The position numbers and the translations under genes are program-made. From a virus, in the IMG/VR virus record IMGVR_UViG_2811994932_000001, positions 1 through 42,135 of that record: 42,135 bases of DNA. The stretch is one strand, 5' to 3'. Below, one piece after another: positions 33,112 through 40,963 of the stretch (the stretch's first letter is position 1; every line of letters starts with the position of its first letter). The notes under the pieces are model-generated. The model did no database searches. It saw only the letters and a program-made list of their open reading frames with translations, and was not told the DNA's origin.

Positions 33112-33476
33112 GCATCCCCCTCCCGAACATTTTGTGCCCGACGAAGTTCCGCTGCATCGAGGCGTCTCCTGAATCGGCGGAGTTTCGCCTCTTTCTTGTC
33201 TCGCACGAGCGCATGGAATCGTCCCTCCCCGAACTCTACGTCGAAGATACACCGGATCTGGTTCGTGATGATCTCGACATCCGCCATCTCTTCAGCGATG
33301 TGCTCGATGTCCTCAATATGGCGAGAGCGATCGGATCGTCGGGATGCTCGCATCTCCTTTGCAAGCGCCTGAACCAGTTCGGCGAGTTCCTCCATGCACA
33401 CGACCATCTGTGCGTCTTTACCGTACAGGCGGAGAGCCATCAGGGCATCTGATTCCTCGCCGCGCGTGAGAGTCAT
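33102..33476 (-). CDS. MazG-like nucleotide pyrophosphohydrolase
   Basis: MEELAELVQAL...IAEEMADV acidic helical motif. Confidence 0.78.
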   Translation of the reverse strand: MTLTRGEESDALMALRLYGKDAQMVVCMEELAELVQALAKEMRASRRSDRSRHIEDIEHIAEEMADVEIITNQIRCIFDVEFGEGRFHALVRDKKEAKLRRFRRRLDAAELRRAQNVREGDACS

Positions 33477-33961
33477 CGGCACCGCCTCCGGATCGGGCAG
33501 GTCTTGCCGGCCGGGCATTTCGCCCCAGGAGTGCCGCAGGTATCGCGGCTATCGGACCAGTTGTGGATCCGGCGGTAGTGGGAACAGAGCCCGCGATCAC
33601 CTGCCGGAGGGATGTGTTCCGGCGTGGTCGCCGAGTTGAAGATCTCTATCTCCCGCTCCATTGCTCGCGCGAACTCCTGCCGCGCCCCGATACTCTCGGT
33701 CCATCCCGGGAGCATCAGCACCGCGTCGATTGTAGGGTCAAGGAGGTCAAGGATCGCGAGGTCGCCGGCGAGCCACTCTGCGTGGTCGACGTCGGGGCAG
33801 TCCTCCTCGAAGTGCGCCGTGTTCAAGTGCGGGGCGAACGGCATCCATCCACGCTTCCGCGCCGCCACCGCGTGTGCCCTGGCGACTGCAATGTTCATGG
33901 CGACCGTGCGCCCATGGCCGGCCGAGTAAGGACCAGAGATATAGAGGATCGGGGGCCTCAT
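33473..33961 (-). CDS. DUF4406/nucleoside deoxyribosyltransferase-like protein
   Basis: LYISGPYS..PFAPHLN..DAVLMLPGWTESIGARQE. Confidence 0.75.
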   Translation of the reverse strand: MRPPILYISGPYSAGHGRTVAMNIAVARAHAVAARKRGWMPFAPHLNTAHFEEDCPDVDHAEWLAGDLAILDLLDPTIDAVLMLPGWTESIGARQEFARAMEREIEIFNSATTPEHIPPAGDRGLCSHYRRIHNWSDSRDTCGTPGAKCPAGKTCPIRRRCR

Positions 33962-34329
33962 GGCGTCGGCCTCCATCGCAAGATCTGCGCCTCGATACCG
34001 TCCTCAGGGATAGGGTGCATCCCCTGGAGCACCAGGGCGAGCTCATCCAGCAGGCTCCACGCGCGGTAGTCCATCCCGCTCCCGAAGAGGGCCCCGATCC
34101 CCCCGGGCCGAATCCGGATCGGCCGGGCCATCACCAGGGGGAAGTAGGGGGTCCGGAACGACCACTTGCTCCGATAGGGTTGCCCGGACCACCCGTGAAA
34201 CGACACCAGATCGCCTACGCGATACTTACGACCGACCCGGATCGTTTGCCAGATCGAACCATTGAGCACGCCCGGGATCTTCGGTGCGTAGGTGAGGGGG
34301 ATGTTCCACTTCCGAGGCTTGTCGCTCAC
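33958..34329 (-). CDS. ASCH/PUA-like domain protein (GTG start inferred)
   Basis: KIP.VL.GSIWQTIR..RKYRVGDLV pattern. Confidence 0.6.
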   Translation of the reverse strand: MSDKPRKWNIPLTYAPKIPGVLNGSIWQTIRVGRKYRVGDLVSFHGWSGQPYRSKWSFRTPYFPLVMARPIRIRPGGIGALFGSGMDYRAWSLLDELALVLQGMHPIPEDGIEAQILRWRPTP

Positions 34330-35048
34330 GCCCCCACCTCCAGCGATGTCTGCACGGTCCCCTGCTGGCTCACGGGCGCCGGCACCGGAGTCTTGAGGGA
34401 CTGCACGAGCCACGCCTTCGCCGTCTCCGGCCGAACTCTTTCCCAGAGCGCAACCTGCCCGATCGGGAGCGTCGCGAATGCCTCATACACTTCCATCCGG
34501 AGCGAGTCGCCGTGGATGTGAATCCCCGGAATGCCGTTCAGGATGGCGTTCATGACGCAGAAGGTGAACGCCCGGCGGTTGATATCGGCGTTCGTGAACA
34601 GAAAGTTCAGTGCCCCCTTGTTTTCGGTCATGAAGTGCCTTGCAGTCCGGAGCATGAACCGCCCCGTGCCGCACGCCGGATCGCAGAAGGTCCACGGGAC
34701 CTGCCGGTCGAGCTCGACACCGTGCAGGGTCATCTGCACCATCATGTCAACGACGTCTACGGGCGTGAAGAACTGCCCGTTTCTCTCGGAGGTCTCACCA
34801 TTGCACTCCAGGTATTCGCCGAATAGGTCCGAGAACGGCCCGGCCTCGTCGCTGTACTCCCGGTAGGTCTCCATAAGGGAGCCGAGGAGTTCGATGCTCT
34901 CCATGCTCTCCTCGGCCTGGTCCCGGCGGAACTCCCGGCCGGCGACCAGGATGTCATCGTGGATCCGGTCGTAGAGTTTCGGACCGTTCAACGGGTCGAG
35001 GTCCTCGAGACGCCGGGTCGCACGGTGCGGGTAACGGACCTGGCTCAT
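34326..35048 (-). CDS. HsdM-like (N-6 DNA methylase family) protein lacking motif IV
   Basis: 240 aa; GQFFTP, DPACGTGRF, MNAILNG..HGDSL; no NPPF/NPPY seen. Confidence 0.75.
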   Translation of the reverse strand: MSQVRYPHRATRRLEDLDPLNGPKLYDRIHDDILVAGREFRRDQAEESMESIELLGSLMETYREYSDEAGPFSDLFGEYLECNGETSERNGQFFTPVDVVDMMVQMTLHGVELDRQVPWTFCDPACGTGRFMLRTARHFMTENKGALNFLFTNADINRRAFTFCVMNAILNGIPGIHIHGDSLRMEVYEAFATLPIGQVALWERVRPETAKAWLVQSLKTPVPAPVSQQGTVQTSLEVGA

Positions 35049-35200
35049 ACGATCACGTCCAGCTCGTGGTAGAACTGGCAGTCCGGCGCGTCAGTGCACC
35101 GATTCTGCCGGATCGTAATGAGCATCGGGGACCCGTCGTCGGGATCATCGAAGACGTTACACGTCTCGGTCTTGTCGTCCTGGTGCTCGCAGGGCCTCAT
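35045..35200 (-). CDS. Small Cys/His protein (not in ORF track)
   Basis: MRPCEHQDDKTETCNVFDD...CTDAPDCQFYHELDVIV, 51 aa; overlaps both neighbours. Confidence 0.55.
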   Translation of the reverse strand: MRPCEHQDDKTETCNVFDDPDDGSPMLITIRQNRCTDAPDCQFYHELDVIV

Positions 35201-35526
35201 TCCACCACCCCTTGATCCAGTGCAGTCCGGACCGTTCGCTCGAGCCCGGCGCCATCTCCGCCCGGGAGCGTCACCTCGACCGGCAGCCCATCCAGGTCAT
35301 AGATGGCCGTGCGATCGGCGGCGCGCCGGTCCCGGTGCCGGCGTGCCATCTCCGCGTCACAGACGAGTGTTTCCGCGACCCAGAGCATGGCCTCGTCAAA
35401 TGAGTGCTTCGCGCAGAGCACAAACGGCCCCCTGCCGAACCAGGTGAGCGCCCGGTGCCCCTGCACGAGAAACGACGGGTCAAGGATGTCCGGGAGTTCC
35501 GCCTCGCAGATCTCGCAGCGAGTCAT
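35197..35526 (-). CDS. Hypothetical zinc-binding protein
   Basis: 109 aa; CEIC...LCAKH. Confidence 0.55.
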   Translation of the reverse strand: MTRCEICEAELPDILDPSFLVQGHRALTWFGRGPFVLCAKHSFDEAMLWVAETLVCDAEMARRHRDRRAADRTAIYDLDGLPVEVTLPGGDGAGLERTVRTALDQGVVE

Positions 35527-35720
35527 GCGGCCGCCCCCGGGGCGTCGGGTGCGAGCCAGAATATCGTCTGGATCTCAAGCGAGAGGCGGAGCCCCCTGGC
35601 TCTCAGGAGGTCTCCGCCCCGCAGCGCTGCCGCAAGATTCTGCTGTAGCGCCCGGACCCGTGCCCGGGCCTCCGGAGGGAAGACCCTGGAGTCATCCGGG
35701 ACGACGATCGTCCTGGACAT
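35523..35720 (-). CDS. Hypothetical protein
   Basis: 65 aa from MSRTIVV; TGATG overlap. Confidence 0.5.
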   Translation of the reverse strand: MSRTIVVPDDSRVFPPEARARVRALQQNLAAALRGGDLLRARGLRLSLEIQTIFWLAPDAPGAAA

Positions 35721-36739
35721 CACGACACCCTCCCGGCACCGATCAGCAGCAGGGATTCGGGAGCGATCCAGAGGGTCCCGGACCCGTCGAGATCGATACG
35801 CAGTTTGCGGCACGAGTAGTTGTAGTCCCGTACCAGACCCGTACGTCCCTGCAGCCCGGACTCCGGATCAAGAATCCTGACTCGCATCCCGATCCAGGCG
35901 TGCGGTTTGCCGGTCAGAGGTTTGGGGTCCACTTCATAGTCTGAGGGGAGGGGGCAGTCACAGAGTGTGCCATCCCCCAGGTCATCCTCGAGCGCCGGGG
36001 CGTCACCCTGAGGGGCCTCCTCCGGAGGCTCCTCACACTGCGTGACCGGCGTCAGGTCCCCGGTAAAATCGGGGAGGGGTGCAGGGGTCGCCGGGGGCAG
36101 CTCACGGTCCGGACCGCGAAGTTTTCTCCATTGTGCCTTGATGGCCCCGTCGGTCCTGGCTGAATCCGGATATGCGGCTCGATAGGCTCCGATCGCGTCG
36201 GGCAGAGTCGTGGCCCTGGCGACAACCCAGAGCTCGTCTTCGCTCCAGGCATCCTTGCGCTTGGCCTGAGGAGGGATCTGGATCACGCGTATCGCGTCGG
36301 GGTCCGGGTCCTGGGGCTCTGGCTCCGGTCCCACCTCATTGTTGCCAAGCGGCTGTGGGTCGGCAGGGGCTGGCTGAGGGGCGAGCACGTAATCCGATCG
36401 CGGGACCTCATCAGCGCGGGCAGGGGAGGGGGTGGTCCTCCGCATCGAGGACAGGGCCTCCTTGACCGGGCACCCGATATCGGGGTTGTCAAGATACGGG
36501 CACTCCCCGCCGTAGGTGCATGGCGGCCGGTCCTCCCGGGGGGAAGGGCCGTCTCCATCGAGGGTCAGGGACCCCCCGTCATCGTGGTACCTGCACCGGC
36601 CGTGGGGCTGTTGGGGACGCTCCCGGACTTCGTTGTCAAGGTGCGCCCCGCCAGCCTCGAATCGCGGCCGTCCGATCTCGCGAGCAGCCAGGTAGCGGAG
36701 GTATCCCACCGCCTCTGCACCATCGAGGACGATAATCAT
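35720..36739 (-). CDS. Multidomain protein with Myb/SANT-like helix bundle and C-terminal KOW/SH3-like domain
   Basis: 339 aa; AWSEDEL..AIGAYR..RTDGAIKAQWRKL; GMRVRILD..GRTGLV. Confidence 0.55.
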   Translation of the reverse strand: MIIVLDGAEAVGYLRYLAAREIGRPRFEAGGAHLDNEVRERPQQPHGRCRYHDDGGSLTLDGDGPSPREDRPPCTYGGECPYLDNPDIGCPVKEALSSMRRTTPSPARADEVPRSDYVLAPQPAPADPQPLGNNEVGPEPEPQDPDPDAIRVIQIPPQAKRKDAWSEDELWVVARATTLPDAIGAYRAAYPDSARTDGAIKAQWRKLRGPDRELPPATPAPLPDFTGDLTPVTQCEEPPEEAPQGDAPALEDDLGDGTLCDCPLPSDYEVDPKPLTGKPHAWIGMRVRILDPESGLQGRTGLVRDYNYSCRKLRIDLDGSGTLWIAPESLLLIGAGRVS

Positions 36740-36996
36740 CCCTGCACCCCCTGCGCCGCATAGTGATCCACAAGTTCCGGGGCAAGTTTCCAGGTGTTCG
36801 CGTATCGGTGATCCTTGCTGACGCGCTCGATGCAGCCCCGACGGTGCAGTTTCTGGAGGCTACAGTCATCCGGGGCATCGATCCCCTGTGTCCGGATGGC
36901 GGCCGCGGTGAACGGCCGGCCATCAAATGTTGCTGCGATCTGCCGAATGAACTCCCCGTGCGTTCGGAGCATCATGGCGATGGATTTTGACACCAT
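36736..36996 (-). CDS. Winged-helix-like protein
   Basis: FTAAAI..LQKLHRRGCIERV..TWKL; TGATG overlap at 36996. Confidence 0.55.
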   Translation of the reverse strand: MVSKSIAMMLRTHGEFIRQIAATFDGRPFTAAAIRTQGIDAPDDCSLQKLHRRGCIERVSKDHRYANTWKLAPELVDHYAAQGVQG

Positions 36997-37541
36997 CAGG
37001 GCGCCTCCATGCACTTTTTGCAGAGCGTTTTGTTCATGAAGAGCCGGGAGAGTTTCCCCTGCGCCTTCGGGATCGCACATCCGCACTTCTCGCAGGTTTC
37101 GTCTCCATCGGCCGGCTTGGGGGACGGGGCAGGAGTGGGCTTGGGCTGAGATGCCGCCTGCGCAGGTTTCTCGGTCTGCTGATACGGCAGGTCATCGTCC
37201 GGGCTCTTGTCAGGCATCCCGTTGTCGTACTTGTTCACGGGGGCGGGCTCTGGTGTAGGGGCCGGCTTTTCCGGCATGGGCGCCTTTGCAGGCTTCGGCG
37301 TCTCAGGCGTCGCCGGGGCGAGTGCAGGCTCAGGTATCTGGAGCCCAGACCGACCCAGAACCCCTTTCCGGTACCGGGCGATGGCATCTACAACCGCCGG
37401 GTTATCCGCGTCACCCTGAATGGATGCGAGCGCCTGGTCGAGAGCCATCTTCGCGGTGTCCGCGTCCTCGCCCTCAACCTCGACCCGGAGAGACTCGTAG
37501 TTCCCCAGGTTCACGGCCGCAGCGTACTTAATGGTCGGCAT
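36996..37541 (-). CDS. Hypothetical protein with Pro-rich linker and C-terminal zinc finger
   Basis: 181 aa; VNLGNYESLRVE; CEKCG...LCKKC. Confidence 0.65.
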   Translation of the reverse strand: MPTIKYAAAVNLGNYESLRVEVEGEDADTAKMALDQALASIQGDADNPAVVDAIARYRKGVLGRSGLQIPEPALAPATPETPKPAKAPMPEKPAPTPEPAPVNKYDNGMPDKSPDDDLPYQQTEKPAQAASQPKPTPAPSPKPADGDETCEKCGCAIPKAQGKLSRLFMNKTLCKKCMEAP

Positions 37542-37828
37542 CAGTCGTCCACCTCCGCTACGGTCGCCGGGGCGACGGCGATCTTGCCGTCAAGGACCTG
37601 GAGGGGATCCCAGGTCTTCGGCACACCGACCACCGTGAGGTTCGTTCCCCGGGTGACGTTGTCGGTGACCCACCCGATCTCGACCGTCGGGTATCCCAGG
37701 TCCTCTGCGAGCTGGAGGGCGTTGCGGATCGCCTTGACCTCAAAGGTGCCGATGCTCTCGCCCATCTCGTCGGGGTCCGGGACGACGACGCCGACAGCAC
37801 GGTCTTCCGAGCAAGCGATGATCTTCAC
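37541..37828 (-). CDS. Hypothetical protein
   Basis: 95 aa; overlap-coupled. Confidence 0.55.
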   Translation of the reverse strand: MKIIACSEDRAVGVVVPDPDEMGESIGTFEVKAIRNALQLAEDLGYPTVEIGWVTDNVTRGTNLTVVGVPKTWDPLQVLDGKIAVAPATVAEVDD

Positions 37829-38136
37829 TCCGACCCCCCCTGCTCTTCGCGTCCGGCGCTGAGTCCAAATTCCGAGAGGGTCGTGCCTCTATCCGTTTCG
37901 ATCTTGACAATCAGGGCGGCCTTGAGCGAGATAGGCTCATGGGTTACGGAAACGAATCTGGTTCGGCTCCCCATGCGCTCGGTGTAAAACCGATGCAGTT
38001 GATCGCGGGCGTCCTCTACGGCTTCTTCGGGGCTTTCTCCTGTCCCGGAAACCGGATATCCTTTGATCTCCGCATACCAGAACCCCCCCTTCTCGACAAA
38101 GGTCGCTGTGGTGGTGAGTTCGATGAGGTCGATCAT
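37825..38136 (-). CDS. HicB-like N-terminal domain protein
   Basis: EKGGFWYAEIKGYPVSGTGESPEEAVEDARD. Confidence 0.6.
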   Translation of the reverse strand: MIDLIELTTTATFVEKGGFWYAEIKGYPVSGTGESPEEAVEDARDQLHRFYTERMGSRTRFVSVTHEPISLKAALIVKIETDRGTTLSEFGLSAGREEQGGSE

Positions 38137-38480
38137 AGCCCCCCGACCTCCTCGCCCTCGCAGATGCACAGCACCGGCCCCAGGTCAGGGCCGGTCACGT
38201 AGGCGATATCGGTGTAGATGCCGGCCTCGTCGTTTTCCGCTGGCACGATGACGACGCCTGCGCTGCCCTGCATCTCGATCTCGACCCGCCAGATCCCCTT
38301 GTCCCCGTCGCCGTACCAGACCTTGAGGACGGTCCCGTCAGTGAGGTGGTGTCTCGCCGGGGCCTCCTCGGAGGTGTCGTAGATATCGAACTCCACCCCG
38401 CGCGTGACCCTGGTAGGATCAGACATCTCACGGACCTCGATCAGGTCGTCGGAGGCTCCGTAGACCATGAGCCGGGTCAT
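38133..38480 (-). CDS. Phage hypothetical protein
   Basis: VYGASDDLIEV motif; ATGA overlaps. Confidence 0.6.
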   Translation of the reverse strand: MTRLMVYGASDDLIEVREMSDPTRVTRGVEFDIYDTSEEAPARHHLTDGTVLKVWYGDGDKGIWRVEIEMQGSAGVVIVPAENDEAGIYTDIAYVTGPDLGPVLCICEGEEVGGL

Positions 38481-38668
38481 TCGGGCACCTCCTTGCAGAT
38501 GCCGAAGCGCGCGTCCACAGGGATGAGGTATCGCACTCCCTTGCACTCAACCCGCATGTACAGGAAGCCGCTCTCTGTCTGCGAGTCATCGATCTCTCGG
38601 ACGCGGACGTCTTCGCTGACAAGATCCATTGCCGCGTCGTGAGAGGAGATGCGATGGTATCGGATCAT
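38477..38668 (-). CDS. Hypothetical protein
   Basis: 63 aa; ATGA overlaps. Confidence 0.5.
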   Translation of the reverse strand: MIRYHRISSHDAAMDLVSEDVRVREIDDSQTESGFLYMRVECKGVRYLIPVDARFGICKEVPE

Positions 38669-39249
38669 TCCGCCGCCTCCTGCTCCTCTGGTGTGGGCTC
38701 CAGCCGGCATAGGCGCTGGTTGAGCGTGGATGCATACGTGTTGGTCTCATCCATCCGGAGTTCCAAGTGCTTGATCCGGTCCTCCAGCAGCGCAAGCGCT
38801 CTGCCGTAGTTGTTCGCTATCTCCAGTAACTGCCGGTCGATCTGGGTAATCTGGTCTATCTCTTCCCCGGCTCTCCGGGGAGGCTGTCCCGCAGCGGCGA
38901 GGAGCGCGCTGGCATACTCGCGCTGCCACTGCCTCCTCGCGAACCCGATGTCTATCTGCGTGCAGCGGAGCTCGATGTCTAGCGTGGTCCGCTCCTCGAT
39001 GAGGGCCTGCGCCTCCGGGTTGGTCCGGACCAGGGCATCGGCTGCATCGGACCGCTTCTGCGCGTTGCTGAGTTCCGGGCACTTCTCGACGGCATACTTC
39101 TCTTCGATCAACCTTGCCGCCTGCTTCTGGATCTCCTTCAGGCGCTCTTCGACCGTGACCCGGCGAGTCTCATGGCGGTAGAGCACGATCTCCAGGTCGC
39201 GGATCCTGTCGGAGCCTTGCTGGTCGCAGGTGCAGTTGTCGCAGGCCAT
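38665..39249 (-). CDS. Coiled-coil protein
   Basis: 194 aa; long heptad stretches. Confidence 0.6.
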   Translation of the reverse strand: MACDNCTCDQQGSDRIRDLEIVLYRHETRRVTVEERLKEIQKQAARLIEEKYAVEKCPELSNAQKRSDAADALVRTNPEAQALIEERTTLDIELRCTQIDIGFARRQWQREYASALLAAAGQPPRRAGEEIDQITQIDRQLLEIANNYGRALALLEDRIKHLELRMDETNTYASTLNQRLCRLEPTPEEQEAAE

Positions 39250-39518
39250 CAGGATCCCTCCGTGAAGTCCTGCTGCACGGTCGCGTTGTGCCAGCCGTTC
39301 CCGCGGCCACTGACCTCGAGCACGGTTGCCGGCGGGCTCAGCGCGACGAGGCGGCCGTCGGGCAGACGCACTTCGAGGTATACGATTGTCACTGTCCGCC
39401 CGTCTTCGGAGACGGTGACTGCGGAGTCGGTCACGGTTGCGTGGCGGAGGGCGTCCTGGACGATGCCCTCGCTCCGGGCGCGCCAGGAGACGTCCGCCGC
39501 GGTCAGTTCGCCGGACAT
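39249..39518 (-). CDS. Hypothetical protein
   Basis: 89 aa from MSGELT; TGATG overlaps. Confidence 0.5.
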   Translation of the reverse strand: MSGELTAADVSWRARSEGIVQDALRHATVTDSAVTVSEDGRTVTIVYLEVRLPDGRLVALSPPATVLEVSGRGNGWHNATVQQDFTEGS

Positions 39519-39721
39519 CAGGCGCACCCCCTCGCGGGCTGGCTCTCGGTCACCGGCATGCAGTGCATCTGGGGGTCGTCCGTGAGACGCCAGAGGCCCA
39601 TCTCGATCATGATGTCGCCGATGCCGGCGAGGTCGGGGTTCTGGCGCTCGAACTCGGCGACCCCTCCCCGGGTGACCCACAGGGGGGCGCCGGGATTCGC
39701 AGGAGTGCGGAGCATCAGCAC
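39518..39721 (-). CDS. Hypothetical protein
   Basis: 67 aa; overlap-coupled. Confidence 0.5.
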   Translation of the reverse strand: MLMLRTPANPGAPLWVTRGGVAEFERQNPDLAGIGDIMIEMGLWRLTDDPQMHCMPVTESQPARGCA

Positions 39722-40143
39722 CGCCCTCGGTGCCTGTAGACGGGCTTGATCAGGCAGCCCGCGTAGCGCTCGTTGAATGCATCGATCTCGGCCTGGTTGA
39801 TGACCTTTCCCTTCCAGCGCCGGGGGCTGGGGATGTATGCGACCGGGAGTTCGATGACGCGGATCCTAGGGGAGGCGATATCGTCACGGGCTCCCTGCAC
39901 CAGATCAGTCTGCATCGCATCCATGCAGGGTGCGCAGATTCCGGCGCCGGATCGGGTCTCCGTCCCGCAGGAGCGGCACCGGCGGACCCGGCCGTGCAGC
40001 AGGTCGTCGTTCGCCGGCGCGTTCGCGCGGGTGCGAATCAATATATTCTCGGATGTCGATACCTCAGAGGCGGCCCGGGTTTCCTGCATCTTGGCGGGTG
40101 TGGAACACACGGGGCTGCCGTTCACGAATTCACAGTTAGACAT
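39715..40143 (-). CDS. Hypothetical protein with zinc finger
   Basis: 142 aa; CRSCG...CAPC. Confidence 0.55.
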   Translation of the reverse strand: MSNCEFVNGSPVCSTPAKMQETRAASEVSTSENILIRTRANAPANDDLLHGRVRRCRSCGTETRSGAGICAPCMDAMQTDLVQGARDDIASPRIRVIELPVAYIPSPRRWKGKVINQAEIDAFNERYAGCLIKPVYRHRGRC

Positions 40144-40170
40144 TTTTCCATCCTCGATTGTGACGGGGGG

Positions 40171-40386
40171 TTATGCTGTATTGCCATCGACCGAGGGGAG
40201 ATCAACTCCCAGCGCTTCGAGGCCTTTGATCACAACGTGCCGCACTGCTTCGGTCTCTGTTACCATGTGGTTCTGGCGCTGCACCTCGACGATCTTGTCT
40301 TTCATCCATCGAGGTACGCGATACGCGATTTGCACTAGTTCTGTTCGCTGCTTGTCATGCAATGTAATGCACCAAATAGCAATCAA
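40171..40386 (-). CDS. Ribbon-helix-helix regulator, lytic side (true start probably further downstream)
   Basis: QIAYRVPRWMKDKIVEVQRQNHMVTETEAVRHVVIKGL. Confidence 0.75.
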   Translation of the reverse strand: MIAIWCITLHDKQRTELVQIAYRVPRWMKDKIVEVQRQNHMVTETEAVRHVVIKGLEALGVDLPSVDGNTA

Positions 40387-40441
40387 TTACAGAACATTTA
40401 TTTGTTTCGGTATTTCATTGTCATGCACCGCATGTCATTGG
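40353..40441. promoter_or_regulatory. Divergent promoter region with TGTCATGCA-type operator repeats
   Basis: TGTCATGCA 40353, TGTAATGCA 40363, TGTCATGCA 40419, TGTCATTG 40433; AT-rich. Confidence 0.6.
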
Positions 40442-40457
40442 AGAAAACAGAGGGTGT

Positions 40458-40658
40458 TTGAGAGTGGCTGGTGAAACGAAGCAGGTGTGCGTCCGGATGC
40501 CGGTGGACTTAATTGATAAGGTCGACCGGATGGCAGATATTCAGCATAGAGACCGATCAAACATGATCGTCCATATCGTGGCTCTTTACATGGAGACGCT
40601 CGAAAAGATGGACGATCCGGAGAGATGGGAGACAGTGGAAAACGGGTGGCTAAAATGA
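40458..40658 (+). CDS. Ribbon-helix-helix (CopG-like) regulator, candidate immunity repressor
   Basis: QVCVRMPVDLIDKVDRMADIQHRDRSNMIVHIV. Confidence 0.82.
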   Translation: MRVAGETKQVCVRMPVDLIDKVDRMADIQHRDRSNMIVHIVALYMETLEKMDDPERWETVENGWLK

Positions 40659-40963
40659 TGTTGCTGCCAGTTAGGGTCTCCCCACGCCGCCGTATATGGG
40701 TAGATGTGTCATTCTGCTATGAGAAGCAGGTTTATGCCGGATCTCTAGAGGACATCTCTCGATACATCCTCAAGTATGGCCATGTCGACGGAGTCTATGA
40801 GGACGAACAAATCGCATATGATGTCAAGCGCACCGCTACAGCTATGCTCCGGGACGGGGTCCGTCCTGATCAAGTGGTGGAGGAGATCTCTGCCCTCTAC
40901 TGCATCCCGATCGGGTGCGTCGAAGAGGTCGTTGACGAGGTCGCCACGGCGAGCCCCGTCTAG
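40655..40963 (+). CDS. Hypothetical protein co-transcribed with the repressor
   Basis: 102 aa; ATGA overlap; its stop shares a CTAG with the integrase stop. Confidence 0.6.
   Translation: MMLLPVRVSPRRRIWVDVSFCYEKQVYAGSLEDISRYILKYGHVDGVYEDEQIAYDVKRTATAMLRDGVRPDQVVEEISALYCIPIGCVEEVVDEVATASPV

Noticed and set aside
37541-37828. Possible sliding-clamp-like fragment
   Set aside because: Resemblance too vague to support
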